Part shown: positions 10,382-19,903 of the stretch, in pieces | Layout of the letters: the number at the start of each line of letters is the position of its first letter | Numbering within the stretch: the first letter of the stretch is position 1 | From: Candidatus Bathyarchaeota archaeon | GTDB lineage: Archaea > Thermoproteota > Bathyarchaeia > Bathyarchaeales > Bathycorpusculaceae | Direction: 5' to 3' | Length of the DNA stretch: 64,000 bases | NCBI GenBank assembly: GCA_963832745.1 | Contig: CAWHVC010000005.1 | Span: forward strand, 288,001-352,000 | The notes under the pieces: generated by a model | What the model saw: the letters and a program-made list of their open reading frames with translations, nothing else | Told to the model about the DNA's origin: nothing | Database searches by the model: none | Program-made: the position numbers and the translations under genes

Positions 10382-11308
10382 CTACTTGCTTGAAGACGCC
10401 TGTTTCTGCTCTGTCTTTATCGGCACCACTGAAGCACCATCCAAGCCCAACACGTTTAAGACGTCGGCATTTGATGGCACAATTACTTTAGTTTGCTGCG
10501 CGAAAGTGTCACGGATTACATCAAGCTTCTTGTTGAGCTGCGCATTTTCCTTGAAATAACTGTTTGCTGCTTCTGAAACGGCTTTGATTGCTTTTGCCTG
10601 TGCATCTGCAACTAGTTCAACTGCTTTGGCTTGGCCTTCAGCGCTCAAGATTGCTGATTGTTTTTCACCTTGCGCTTTAAGGATGGCCCCTTGTTTCTCT
10701 TGTTCGGCAGCTTCTTTTCGACCTGTAGCTAGTAAGCGTAGTTGGCGTCTTTCTTGTTCTGCAGTTTTTTGTTTATGCATGGCTGTCTGAATGTCTTGTG
10801 GCGGGTCGATTCTTTGAAGTTCGATGCGGTTGACTTTTGTGCCCCATTTGTCGGTGGCTTGATCAAGGACACTTCTTAATTCAACATTAATTTTTTCTCT
10901 TGAAGTTAGGCATACGTCAAGGCTCATTTCACCTACAATGTTTCGAAGCGTTGTCTGGGCCAATTTGACTATGGCAAGTTCGAAGTCTTCAATTTCGTAC
11001 AGGGCGCGTCTTGCGTCGATGACTTGGTAGTAGATTACTGCGTCGATTGTGACCACTACGTTGTCTTCGGTGATGATTTCTTGAGGTGGAACATCTATGA
11101 CTTGCTCACGCATGTTAACTCGATATAGTCTTTCAACAAAGGGCACGATGACTCGTAAGCCCGGTTCAACTGTTTTTTCGTAAGCGTTGAATCTTTCGAC
11201 TAGTCCTTTCTCGTACTGATTGACTTTTTTTAGGGACATTATGAACAGGATTATGATAATTACAGCTATTATTGCGATTATGATTAACGCGGTTTCTAGT
11301 TCGTACAT
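10382..11308 (-). CDS. SPFH/band 7 (stomatin-like) protein
   Basis: N-terminal TM, ITEDNVVVTIDAVIYY, AQTTLRNIVG, WGTKVNRIEL, C-terminal coiled coil. Confidence 0.93.
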   Translation of the reverse strand: MYELETALIIIAIIAVIIIILFIMSLKKVNQYEKGLVERFNAYEKTVEPGLRVIVPFVERLYRVNMREQVIDVPPQEIITEDNVVVTIDAVIYYQVIDARRALYEIEDFELAIVKLAQTTLRNIVGEMSLDVCLTSREKINVELRSVLDQATDKWGTKVNRIELQRIDPPQDIQTAMHKQKTAEQERRQLRLLATGRKEAAEQEKQGAILKAQGEKQSAILSAEGQAKAVELVADAQAKAIKAVSEAANSYFKENAQLNKKLDVIRDTFAQQTKVIVPSNADVLNVLGLDGASVVPIKTEQKQASSSK

Positions 11309-11763
11309 TTTTCTTCGTTTACTCCTTCAACTATAAGGCTAACCCCTTCCACGCGAATCACCCTAACCTTTGAACCCTCCTTAATTACACTACAGTCATC
11401 TGCGGGTTTAGCAAGCCAAATATCCCCTCCAAGCTTAACTACACCGCCATCCAAGGGGTCAATATCAGTTTTTGCAATGGTTTCTTTCCCAACCAGCGCG
11501 TCAGAGTTTGTACGTAGCAGGCTAACGTTGAATTTGTCGAGCAAGCCGCCGCCCCGCATTTCTTCGATGTTGTAGGTGGCGTCTTTTATGTGGTTTAGGC
11601 GTCGGATGAATTCGCCGAATTCTTCGCCGTTTAGGTCTACTTCCAGTAGGTAGCCGTTTGGTCGCCGGTTGAGTTTGTAGGTCATGTGGTATTTTTCGCT
11701 GAATTTTGAGAGCATTTGTGCGAGTTTTAGTTCGTCGGCTTTTACGTTGAGGGTGACTTTCAT
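11296..11763 (-). CDS. NfeD-like C-terminal OB domain protein
   Basis: LVGKE...GVVKLGGDIWLA...GSKVRVIRVEGVSLIVE; directly upstream of SPFH. Confidence 0.8.
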   Translation of the reverse strand: MKVTLNVKADELKLAQMLSKFSEKYHMTYKLNRRPNGYLLEVDLNGEEFGEFIRRLNHIKDATYNIEEMRGGGLLDKFNVSLLRTNSDALVGKETIAKTDIDPLDGGVVKLGGDIWLAKPADDCSVIKEGSKVRVIRVEGVSLIVEGVNEEKCTN

Positions 11764-11878
11764 GGGTATTGCCTGTGCTTGATAGGTATTAACGATTATT
11801 TAAATTTATTTATAATTATCGTGTCACATTGATGTGTATTGATTAAGAAAAAATGAGATCAACCTACCTCATAAAAAA

Positions 11879-11943
11879 CCAACCTATTTGCAGTCTATTT
11901 AGATCCTATTAGAAATGGTCATGCAGAAACCTATAGAGGGTAG
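11879..11943 (+). repeat. Dispersed intergenic repeat, piece A (left arm + core)
   Basis: CCAACCTATTTGCAGTCTATTTAGATCCTATTAGAAATGGTCATGCAGAAACCTATAGAGGGTAG; matches copies at 22.5, 33.7, 51.3 and 63.1 kb. Confidence 0.85.
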
Positions 11944-11961
11944 ATCAATATTGACCTAAAA

Positions 11962-12764
11962 TCAACCCATAAAGCGACCTTTTGATTTAACCACAAACAC
12001 TGCTAGAAGCGCAACCACAAACAAGGGCAATATAGTGATGACAGAAAACTCTGGAACCGACGGAGCGGAGGTGACTGTCATGTCAGGTGTTTGAGTTGCT
12101 GTTGGAGTTGTGTCCGTGTTGAGTAAAGTTGTTACCGTGCCATCTGACAAGTTTATCGTTTGGGTGTTGCTCCAATCACTCGATTTACCATGGAAGGAGT
12201 ATTGGACAAATGCGATTTGGATATGTGATTCGTGGGTTTCAGTAGTGTAGCCTTCTAATGCTTGAACTTGGAAATCCATTTGTCCATTATTTGGCGACAA
12301 CTTATAGACTATCGTCGTATATTGAGCAGAATAATCTTAATTGCATATCCATATTTAATGTAAGTACTTGATTCTCCATACCATACCCACTGCGTTTGTC
12401 CACGAAACATAGTGATCCAGTCCTCACCATATGAGCCTTTATATCTAACATCAAAAAAGCGGTTTATCGTGTGTCCACTTGAGTCATTAAATGGTGTAAA
12501 CGGCTGGTTCTTAATTGTGATCTCAACCGTTCTGTTATCAATATGTTCTCCATATTGGGTGACAATTGTTTCTCCTGTGTATTGATCAATACCGTAGGTT
12601 GGAGGAATATCAAGTGAGTAGTCAACATATTTTATGGTAAATTCGGGTACAGAAGGTTTAGTTACTGTTTGGGCGTTTGCAGAGCCTATGATTGGCAAAA
12701 TCAGACATACAAGAATAATAATTAGGGAGGCAAGTAGCGCTTGAGTTTTCCCTGTCTTGTTCAT
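11962..12764 (-). CDS. Secreted/surface protein with KPSVPEFT N-terminal motif and PEF-CTERM-like tail (frameshifted near 12310-12340)
   Basis: ORFs 12309-12779 and 11962-12300 join into one protein colinear with 62034-62840. Signal peptide, Thr/Pro linker, VPEFS-TM-basic tail. Confidence 0.75.
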
Positions 12765-12813
12765 ACTTAAAGTGGGCAAGGGGCGTCGATAAAAGCGTTG
12801 CAGTAAGGCTTTG

Positions 12814-12831
12814 TTGACTAACTCAAGTCAA
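12814..12831. promoter_or_regulatory. TTGACT-N6-AGTCAA inverted repeat upstream of the surface-protein gene
   Basis: TTGACTAACTCAAGTCAA; a homologous site lies at 62891-62908 before the paralogue. Confidence 0.55.
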
Positions 12832-12857
12832 AAATTCTTTACTAACCGTTTTGCTTG

Positions 12858-12937
12858 GAAATCCTAAGAGGGGTAGGTCGTATTGGCGGAAAAAGCAGCC
12901 ATTAACATGTTGAAAACCAGTGTTTATTTCGGAAAAA
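12858..12937 (+). repeat. Dispersed intergenic repeat, piece B (core + right arm)
   Basis: GAAATCCTAAGAGGGGTAGGTCGTATTGGC...GCCATTAACATGTTGAAAACCAGTGTTTA; closely matches the reverse complement of 62965-63041. Confidence 0.85.
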
Positions 12938-13023
12938 TGTTGGCGTGGCATCTATCGAAAATTGCTGTGGTGGGCTAATGCTTTTTTATATGGGAGACTT
13001 GTTGTGTTGTTTAGGTTTAATCT

Positions 13024-14652
13024 TTGAGTTTCGAAATTAAAGAGAAAGATTTGCTTGGTAGAATTGGCAAACTTAAAACTAAAAGCGGCACAATTGAAAC
13101 TCCGCTTCTGTTCCCAGTCATCAACCCATCCCTGCAGCCGATTCCGCCACAACGGCTAAAGGACGTTTTCGGTTTCGAAGCCGTAATCACAAACGCTTAC
13201 ATCCTAAAGAAACGATTCCAAAACAAGCCAATCGAGTAGGGCTTGCACAAGTTCCTCAATTTCAACGGTGCAACAATGACTGACTCTGGCGCTTACCAAA
13301 TCCTTGTTTACGGCGACGTAGAATACAACCAAAAAGAAATCGTTGCCTATGAGGAAAGCATCGGCACCGACATCGCAACTATCCTAGACATTCCCACAGG
13401 TTGGCGTGTAACCAAAGAACAAGCCGAAGTCACCGTTGCCGAAACACACCGTCGAGCCAAAGAATTCTTCAAACTCAAAACCCGAGACGACATCCTCTGG
13501 GTAGGCCCCGTACAAGGCGGAAAACACTTAGACCTTGTCGCATCCAGCGCCAAAGAAATGGGTAGCCTTCCATTCAACATCCACGCACTTGGCAGCCCAA
13601 CTGAAGTAATGGAAAACTACCGTTATGACGTCTTAGCAGAAATGATTTTAACCTGCAAAAAGGGTATCCCAATCGAGCGCCCCCTGCATCTCTTCGGCGC
13701 AGGCCATCCATCAATGTTCGCCATCGCAGTTGCACTGGGCTGTGACCTCTTCGACTCAGCCGCTTATGCCCTTTATGCTCGTGAAGGTCGTTACATGACC
13801 GAAAATGGTACATGGCGGCTCCCCGAAATGGACTATTTCCCATGCACATGCCCAAAATGCGTAACTGAAACTCCAAAAACATTGATGGCTAAACCGGATA
13901 AAGAACGTGAAATCTTCCTTGCCGAACACAACCTGTGGGTCTGCATGGCAGAACTCAAACGAATCAAACAAGCAATCCGTGACGGTAGGCTTTGGGAACT
14001 AACCGAAATGCGCGTACACGCACACCCAGCTCTGCTGTCAGCCCTCAAAAGACTCAAAGGACATGCAGACTTCCTTGAAACATACAGTCCAACAATCAAA
14101 AGCAGCGGCTTCTTCTACTTCGACTCAGTTGGGCTTGCAAGACCAGAAATCACCCACTACAAAAACCAACTATTCAAAAATTACGCGCCACCTGCAAACG
14201 CCAAAACCTTGTTACTGTTGCCACAGACTAGAAACAAGCCGTTCCATAAAGCGCCAGAAATGAAGAAAATTCGCCAACTCCTAAGGCTTCTCGGACCAGA
14301 AATTGCTGACAAAGTTCACGTTGCCGTTTTCTGTGCACCGTTTGGCGTTGTGCCACTTGAGCTTGACGAAATTTACCCGTTGTCGCAGCATGAAGCAGCA
14401 TTGCCGCTTGACAGGGAAACCATCGCTTACGTTGCGGGTCAAGCAGCTGAATACATTAAGCAGATGCCTTACAGCAGCGTGACAATGCTTAATGACGCTA
14501 AACTTTGGAAAACCCATGTTGAAAAAGCTGTTCAAGTCGCTTGCGAAGAGAAAGCCGTAGCTTTCGAGGCTGTTCAAGCAAACACTGGTGAAAGCAGCAA
14601 AAAACTTGTCGCGAACCTTGAAGCTGCACTGCGAAAACAATTAAGCAGTTAA
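13024..14652 (+). CDS. tgtA: Archaeosine tRNA-guanine(15) transglycosylase; in-frame TAG at 13237-13239
   Basis: [44 protein letters not shown]...HNL. The two ORFs are in one frame separated only by TAG. No PUA domain. Confidence 0.9.
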
Positions 14653-14742
14653 CCTTTTCCCTTTTCAAGTTTCCCTTTATGGGAACAATTCTTTTTTAGT
14701 CAGCAGCAATAATCTTAAAATGCAAACTGCAGGAGACCCAAA

Positions 14743-15355
14743 ATAGCCCCTTTATACGCTGATTTTCATATTCACACGGTTTACTCTTCCGATAGCCTAA
14801 TCCAGCCTAAAACGTTGGTAGACATGCTTTTGGCGCATAATTACATTAAAGTTGCAGCCGTAACTGACCATGACTCAGTTAGAGCAAACAAAGCAACCAT
14901 GGCGTTGGCATCCGCTTACCCCGACATCCTAATTATTCCAGGCGTAGAAGTCAGCACAACAGCCGGAGACATGCTGGTTTTAGGTACCGATGAGTTACCG
15001 CCTAAACCATGGAACCCGCAGGACGTGGCGGATTATGCAAAATCTATAGGTGCAGTCTCCATTGTGGCGCATCCTTACAGGCTTTATGGAATGGGCGACA
15101 TTGCAAGAAACCTAAAAGTGGATGCTATTGAAGTTTTAAACGGCGGTTCCAGTGATGGAAGCGAACAGGCAAGCTAAGGAGATGGCTAAACAAGTCGGTT
15201 TACCAGGCACCGCAGGTAGCGATGCTCATCAAATTTCTGAGCTTTTCAGCGTATGCACACAAGTCCAAGCAGACCTAAACGTTGACAGCGTGCTAGGCGC
15301 TATCAGAAAAGGTTTGATATCTGCTCAGCAAGCTATGAGGTCAATACGTTTTTAA
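14743..15355 (+). CDS. PHP-domain protein (frameshifted near 15155-15165)
   Basis: YADFHIHTVYSSD, AVTDHD, PGVEVST, VAHPY, IEVLNG, then AGSDAH in the next frame. Start is uncertain (ATA after AGGAGA). Confidence 0.8.
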
Positions 15356-15407
15356 AACACTATTTGCCTCATGAATAGCAGTATACAATAAAATAGGATG
15401 TCCTGAT

Positions 15408-16661
15408 TTGCAAGTTAGCTTTTTAGGCGGAGCTAGAGAAGTTGGCAGAATGGGAATCCACGTAAAGACCGCTAAAACGCAGGTCGTGATAGATTACGGT
15501 GTCATGCTTGACCGTGAACCCGGGTTTCCCATGCATGTTCCCCCGAAAGATTTAGACGCAGTCATCTTAACTCACAGTCACCTAGACCATTCCGGCGCTA
15601 TTCCGATTTTCTATATTAACGACAAAAAACCGCTTTACACCAACCAGCTTAACCTTGAACTAACACAGGTTTTAATTCAAGACTTTATCCACCTGTCCAG
15701 CTACTATTTGCCTTTTGAATATCTGGAACTTAAAAGCATGATGAAAAACAGTCATCACCTCAACTTTGGGCAACAGGAACAGGTTGGCGACATGAAAGTC
15801 AACTTATATAACGCTGGGCATACCCCGGGAAGCGCTCAAGTCTTAATTGACGGCGATAAAAAAATTCTTTACACAGGCGACTTTAACACTGAAGACAGCA
15901 AACTCTTGAAAGGCGCCAAAATGGATTACAAAGACTTAGACGCCATAGTCATCGAAAGCACCTACGCAAACGCCGACCACACACCAAGACCTGAACTGGA
16001 AAAAGAGTTTGTTGACACCGCAACTGAGACTGTGGAACGTGGTGGAACCGTTTTGATTCCAGCTTTTGGTGTGGGACGCGCCCAAGAAATTGCTTCAGTC
16101 TTAGTTGCTAACCATTTTGAGTATCCAATCGTTTTTGATGGTATGGCACGGGAAGCAAGCAGAATCATACTGAATTACAAAGAGTTTCTGCGTGACCCCA
16201 AACTCTTCGCAAACACCATGAACTCTGTTGAATGGGTCGAAGGTTGGCGAGACCGGCGCCGAGCACTTAGAACGCCCAGCGTAATTGTTTCTCCCGCAGG
16301 CATGCTAAAGGGCGGTCCATCACAGTTTTACCTCTCAAAAGTCGGCAAAAAAGCAAACAACGCAATCTTCCTTGTCAGCTACCAAATACCCGGAACACCC
16401 GGCAGACAACTAATGGAAAAAGGCGTAACCACAATCGACGGAAAAGTCAGAAAAATAAAAGCACACTTCCAACATTTTGACTTTTCATCCCACTGCGGAG
16501 CAACCATGCTTAAAGAATCCTTAAAAATGCTTGGCGGAAACCCCAAAGTCTTTGTTGTCCACGGCGCAGAAGGAAACTGCGAGTTGCTGGCTAACTGGGC
16601 TAAAACCGAACTGGGATTAGATGCATTAGCACCAAGAACAGGAGAATCCTTCCAAATCTAA
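15408..16661 (+). CDS. Beta-CASP MBL-fold ribonuclease (aCPSF2-like)
   Basis: FLGGAREVGR, THSHLDHSG, AGHTPGS, YTGDF, IESTYA, PAFGVGRAQE, FSSH, VHG. Confidence 0.88.
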   Translation: MQVSFLGGAREVGRMGIHVKTAKTQVVIDYGVMLDREPGFPMHVPPKDLDAVILTHSHLDHSGAIPIFYINDKKPLYTNQLNLELTQVLIQDFIHLSSYYLPFEYLELKSMMKNSHHLNFGQQEQVGDMKVNLYNAGHTPGSAQVLIDGDKKILYTGDFNTEDSKLLKGAKMDYKDLDAIVIESTYANADHTPRPELEKEFVDTATETVERGGTVLIPAFGVGRAQEIASVLVANHFEYPIVFDGMAREASRIILNYKEFLRDPKLFANTMNSVEWVEGWRDRRRALRTPSVIVSPAGMLKGGPSQFYLSKVGKKANNAIFLVSYQIPGTPGRQLMEKGVTTIDGKVRKIKAHFQHFDFSSHCGATMLKESLKMLGGNPKVFVVHGAEGNCELLANWAKTELGLDALAPRTGESFQI

Positions 16662-16663
16662 AG

Positions 16664-17224
16664 GTGGGCGCCATGAAAATTGGGCTCTTGCCAGTAGGGC
16701 AAGTAAACCACACCTTTCTTTCTGCACTTTGTAAAAAATTAACCAACATCTTTTCTGATTTAATATGCACTGTTATCAACGAAAGCGGGGCATTGACAGA
16801 ACAAGCCTTTGATAAAAAACGAGGTCAATACGATTCTAACGTTATCCTTAACCAAATCCAGTTTTACGCTGAACAGCAAGACATGTTTGAGCGAGTGCTT
16901 GGAGTGGTTGATGTTGACTTATTTGTTCAGGATTTGAATTATGTTTTTGGTGAAGCTTACACACCGGGGAAGGCTGCGTTGATTTCATTGTTTAGGCTTA
17001 GGCCAGAATTTTATGGTCAACCTTCGGATGAGAAGCTTTTTTTGGAGAGAACGCTTAAGGAGGCAGTGCATGAACTGGGACACACGTTAGGGTTGAATCA
17101 TTGTCCAAATCAAACCTGTATCATGCATTTTTCCAACTCGATAACCGACACGGATAAAAAACAAACCTTATTCTGTAACCAATGTATCATACAAAAGGAA
17201 GTAGCTGCTAAACACCTAAGGTAG
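16664..17224 (+). CDS. amzA: Archaemetzincin zinc metalloprotease
   Basis: HELGHTLGLNHC...CIMHFSNS...FCNQC. Confidence 0.9.
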   Translation: MGAMKIGLLPVGQVNHTFLSALCKKLTNIFSDLICTVINESGALTEQAFDKKRGQYDSNVILNQIQFYAEQQDMFERVLGVVDVDLFVQDLNYVFGEAYTPGKAALISLFRLRPEFYGQPSDEKLFLERTLKEAVHELGHTLGLNHCPNQTCIMHFSNSITDTDKKQTLFCNQCIIQKEVAAKHLR

Positions 17225-17230
17225 AAAGCT

Positions 17231-18091
17231 GTGACGTCCGAAGAAACAAAATTTAAAGTTAGCTTAGTTTACTTTGGTTCCGGTACTGGCAAGTTTAATC
17301 TTCGGTTTAGGCTGCGCCTGGTTGCTTAAACCACAACAAGCAGAGTTATTCCAGTTACACCATTTCCAGACAACACAGCTTCAGGACCATTTCGGCAACG
17401 CAATTTACTTTGTAATTTTAGTGGCTATAAGCGCTTTCGTGTTTTATTTTTTGCTTAAACGAAAGAACGTCAAAATCATCAAAGGCTTAATCTTCATTGC
17501 AATGACGACAGCTTCAATGCTGCTTTCACTGGTTTATCATTTCAGCACTTTTACCATCATCTACCTTTTACAGTGACATTATTAGTAATTGCATTATCAA
17601 TTTTGATAACGGTACTATTTGATTTAGCCATATTCAGGTACACTAAAGCCAGAAACATAGTAGTCATAGGTTTAGGTGGCGCTTTGGGAGTATTCTTTGG
17701 ATTTCTCAATTCCCCTATACAGCGCCATTGCGATACTAATGCTTTCCTCGCAGTATATGACATAATCGCGGTTTACCGTGGACCAGTTGGAAAAATTGCT
17801 GAGTCAGGACTTGACCAACTTAGCGGATTAAGTTACGCCTTTAAAGATATTCAAATGGGCCTTGGCGACTTAGTCTTCTATTCAATGCTTGCAGGCGCCA
17901 TGTTCTTTAGTTTCCCAAGCAGCATTCTGCCAACCGCAATGTCAATTGTAGGCATCTGTGTGGGTTCAATAATTACTTTGTTTATGCTTGAGAAAAAAGG
18001 TATTTTTCCAGGGTTGCCCTTTCCGATTGTGCTGGGATTAGCACTTGGATTAATTACCGCAGGCGTATTTTTACAATTACCCCTGTTTTAG
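17231..18091 (+). CDS. Presenilin/signal-peptide-peptidase-like A22 intramembrane aspartyl protease (frameshifted)
   Basis: AVYDIIAVY, MGLGDLVFY, PGLPFP motifs spread across ORFs 17274-17576 and 17573-18091; GTG start at 17231. Confidence 0.8.
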
Positions 18092-18140
18092 GTTACTCTT
18101 ATAATTGACGCATAACTTTTTTGAAAAAAAGAAAGAAAAA

Positions 18141-18713
18141 TTATTTGCTAAAACGCTCGTTAAAGACATCACGGATTTTTTCTGGGCTTTCCAGAACATG
18201 CATGCCGTCCATCTGTTCCAGTTTGCGTGTCTGCTCAGCCTCTTCTTTGCGCACTCGAATCTTGACGGTTTTACCGTTGGGGATAATTGTTTCAACGACG
18301 CCTTCTTTGTAGTCCGTAGGCAAAACATACACTGTGCCGAAAGCTTTCAGGCTCATGATAACTGAGTTAGTTATGAGGGTGTCTCCGATGCCGTTAACGA
18401 TTTTCGCAACAGTGTTTGACGTTGTAGGGGCTACAAGCAAAAAGTCATATTTTCCGCTTTGAAGCCAAGCCGCAAGAAACGGCGCATTTGAATTCATTTC
18501 AACACTGAAATGGGAAAACTCTTGTTTTAAGAGATCAAACTGCTTGTAAAACCGCAGCATAGTCTCCCCGTTTTTAGAAACAAAAACGTGAATCTCCGCT
18601 TTATGTTCATACTGATTTTTAAGTTCAATCATTATTTTGACGATTTCAGCGATTTTATCGCCACCGCCAGTTATTCCCCAAGCAATTTTACACTTTTTTG
18701 GTATTTCAACCAT
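18141..18713 (-). CDS. afpA: Archaeoflavoprotein AfpA (HFCD flavoprotein family)
   Basis: IAWGITGGG, APTTSNTVAKIVNGIGDTLITN, LPTD, IRVRKE. Confidence 0.85.
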   Translation of the reverse strand: MVEIPKKCKIAWGITGGGDKIAEIVKIMIELKNQYEHKAEIHVFVSKNGETMLRFYKQFDLLKQEFSHFSVEMNSNAPFLAAWLQSGKYDFLLVAPTTSNTVAKIVNGIGDTLITNSVIMSLKAFGTVYVLPTDYKEGVVETIIPNGKTVKIRVRKEEAEQTRKLEQMDGMHVLESPEKIRDVFNERFSK

Positions 18714-18716
18714 TTT

Positions 18717-19305
18717 TTACTTCTCCTTTTTCTCTGCAAGCAATTCAGAGAATTTCTTAACTGTCTTCTTTAGGCTTCTAAAGCCCTCTTCATCCTGCTT
18801 TACCCCTTCCAAAGTATCTTTTGTCCAGAAGGTTGCGCCCATGTTTGCCCCAAAAAAGCCGCCGCTGACAGGAATCATGCCGTTAAGAATCTGAAAATCA
18901 ATGATTTGCGATTAAAGCGTGTTCTTGTCCACCGTTACGGTCGCCGCCTAAAGCGATGCCCATTCCGATTTTTCCTTTGAAAAAGTTTTTGTCACTGGCT
19001 ACTGCGGCTCGGCAACGGTCCAGTACCGCTTTTAGTTGTGCACTTACACCGTTATTGTATATTGGGGTGGCAAAGATTATACCTTCAGCCTCTTTTAACA
19101 GGGGATAAAGTTCGAACATATCGTCTTTATAGGCGCAGACTTTAGCCTTTAGGCAGTAATCGCAGTGTAAGCAAAAGCCGATTTTTTTGCCGCGAACTCC
19201 CCAAAACTTTGTTTCGAAGCCTTTTTCTTCAAGCATCCGTAGGGCTTCATGTAATACGTGGTCTGTGGCTTGCTGACGTGGGCTAGCACAAATACCGACA
19301 ATCAT
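18717..19305 (-). CDS. Iron-sulfur flavoprotein/flavodoxin family (frameshifted near 18905)
   Basis: ICASPR, CLHCDYC...C, ATPIYN, GGDRNGGQE; continues out of frame as ...NGMIPVSGGFFGANMGATFW to TAA at 18717. Confidence 0.82.
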
Positions 19306-19485
19306 AAAACTCAATACTGTTCTAACTGCAGAAGGGCATAAAATCTTTTCTAAACCCTTAAAACTCAAACAGTCAGGGGATACATCAAGTTACTGTACAT
19401 CTACAATCACACAACTTTATGTTTTCGCATGGTTCCTAAAATAGCTCGGCACCGGAGACGGCTTTTTTCGGTGGAGGCGAATTTC

Positions 19486-19836
19486 TTGGTTAAAATCATT
19501 GGAAAATCTGGTGTAGAAGAAAAATTTGATGTCAAAAACGTGGAAAATGATTTAAAAGATGCTGGCTTGCCAGAACGTTTAGCTGAGGAAGTTGCAGAGC
19601 GAGTAGAAAACCGTGTGGAAGACGGTTGGACAGATGAAAAAGTGCGGCAGGAAACAGACATTGAGCTAAGACGACTGCAAGATGACATTGATAAGGCGTA
19701 TAGCACTTACAAACGTTCGGTACCTATGGGTGAGCATCTTGTTGGCGAACAAAGAACTGCCAAAGAAAACGATTTTTCACCCAATGAGCAACCACGGCAA
19801 GAAACAAAAACAGAATTCAGAAACGTTGAAACTTAA
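19486..19836 (+). CDS. Stand-alone ATP-cone domain protein
   Basis: MVKIIGKSGVEEKFDVKNVENDLKDAG from TTG at 19486, GGAGG RBS. Confidence 0.7.
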   Translation: MVKIIGKSGVEEKFDVKNVENDLKDAGLPERLAEEVAERVENRVEDGWTDEKVRQETDIELRRLQDDIDKAYSTYKRSVPMGEHLVGEQRTAKENDFSPNEQPRQETKTEFRNVET

Positions 19837-19903
19837 AGCAAAAAAATCAAATTTTATTTTTATAAAACTAATAAAAAACAAAAGAAGAAAGAATTGTTCG
19901 AGA

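Noticed and set aside
13237-13239. Genome-wide TAG-to-pyrrolysine recoding
   Set aside because: TAG ends EF-2, SPFH, amzA, thpR and the 25633 nuclease at expected lengths, and there are no pyl genes in the window.
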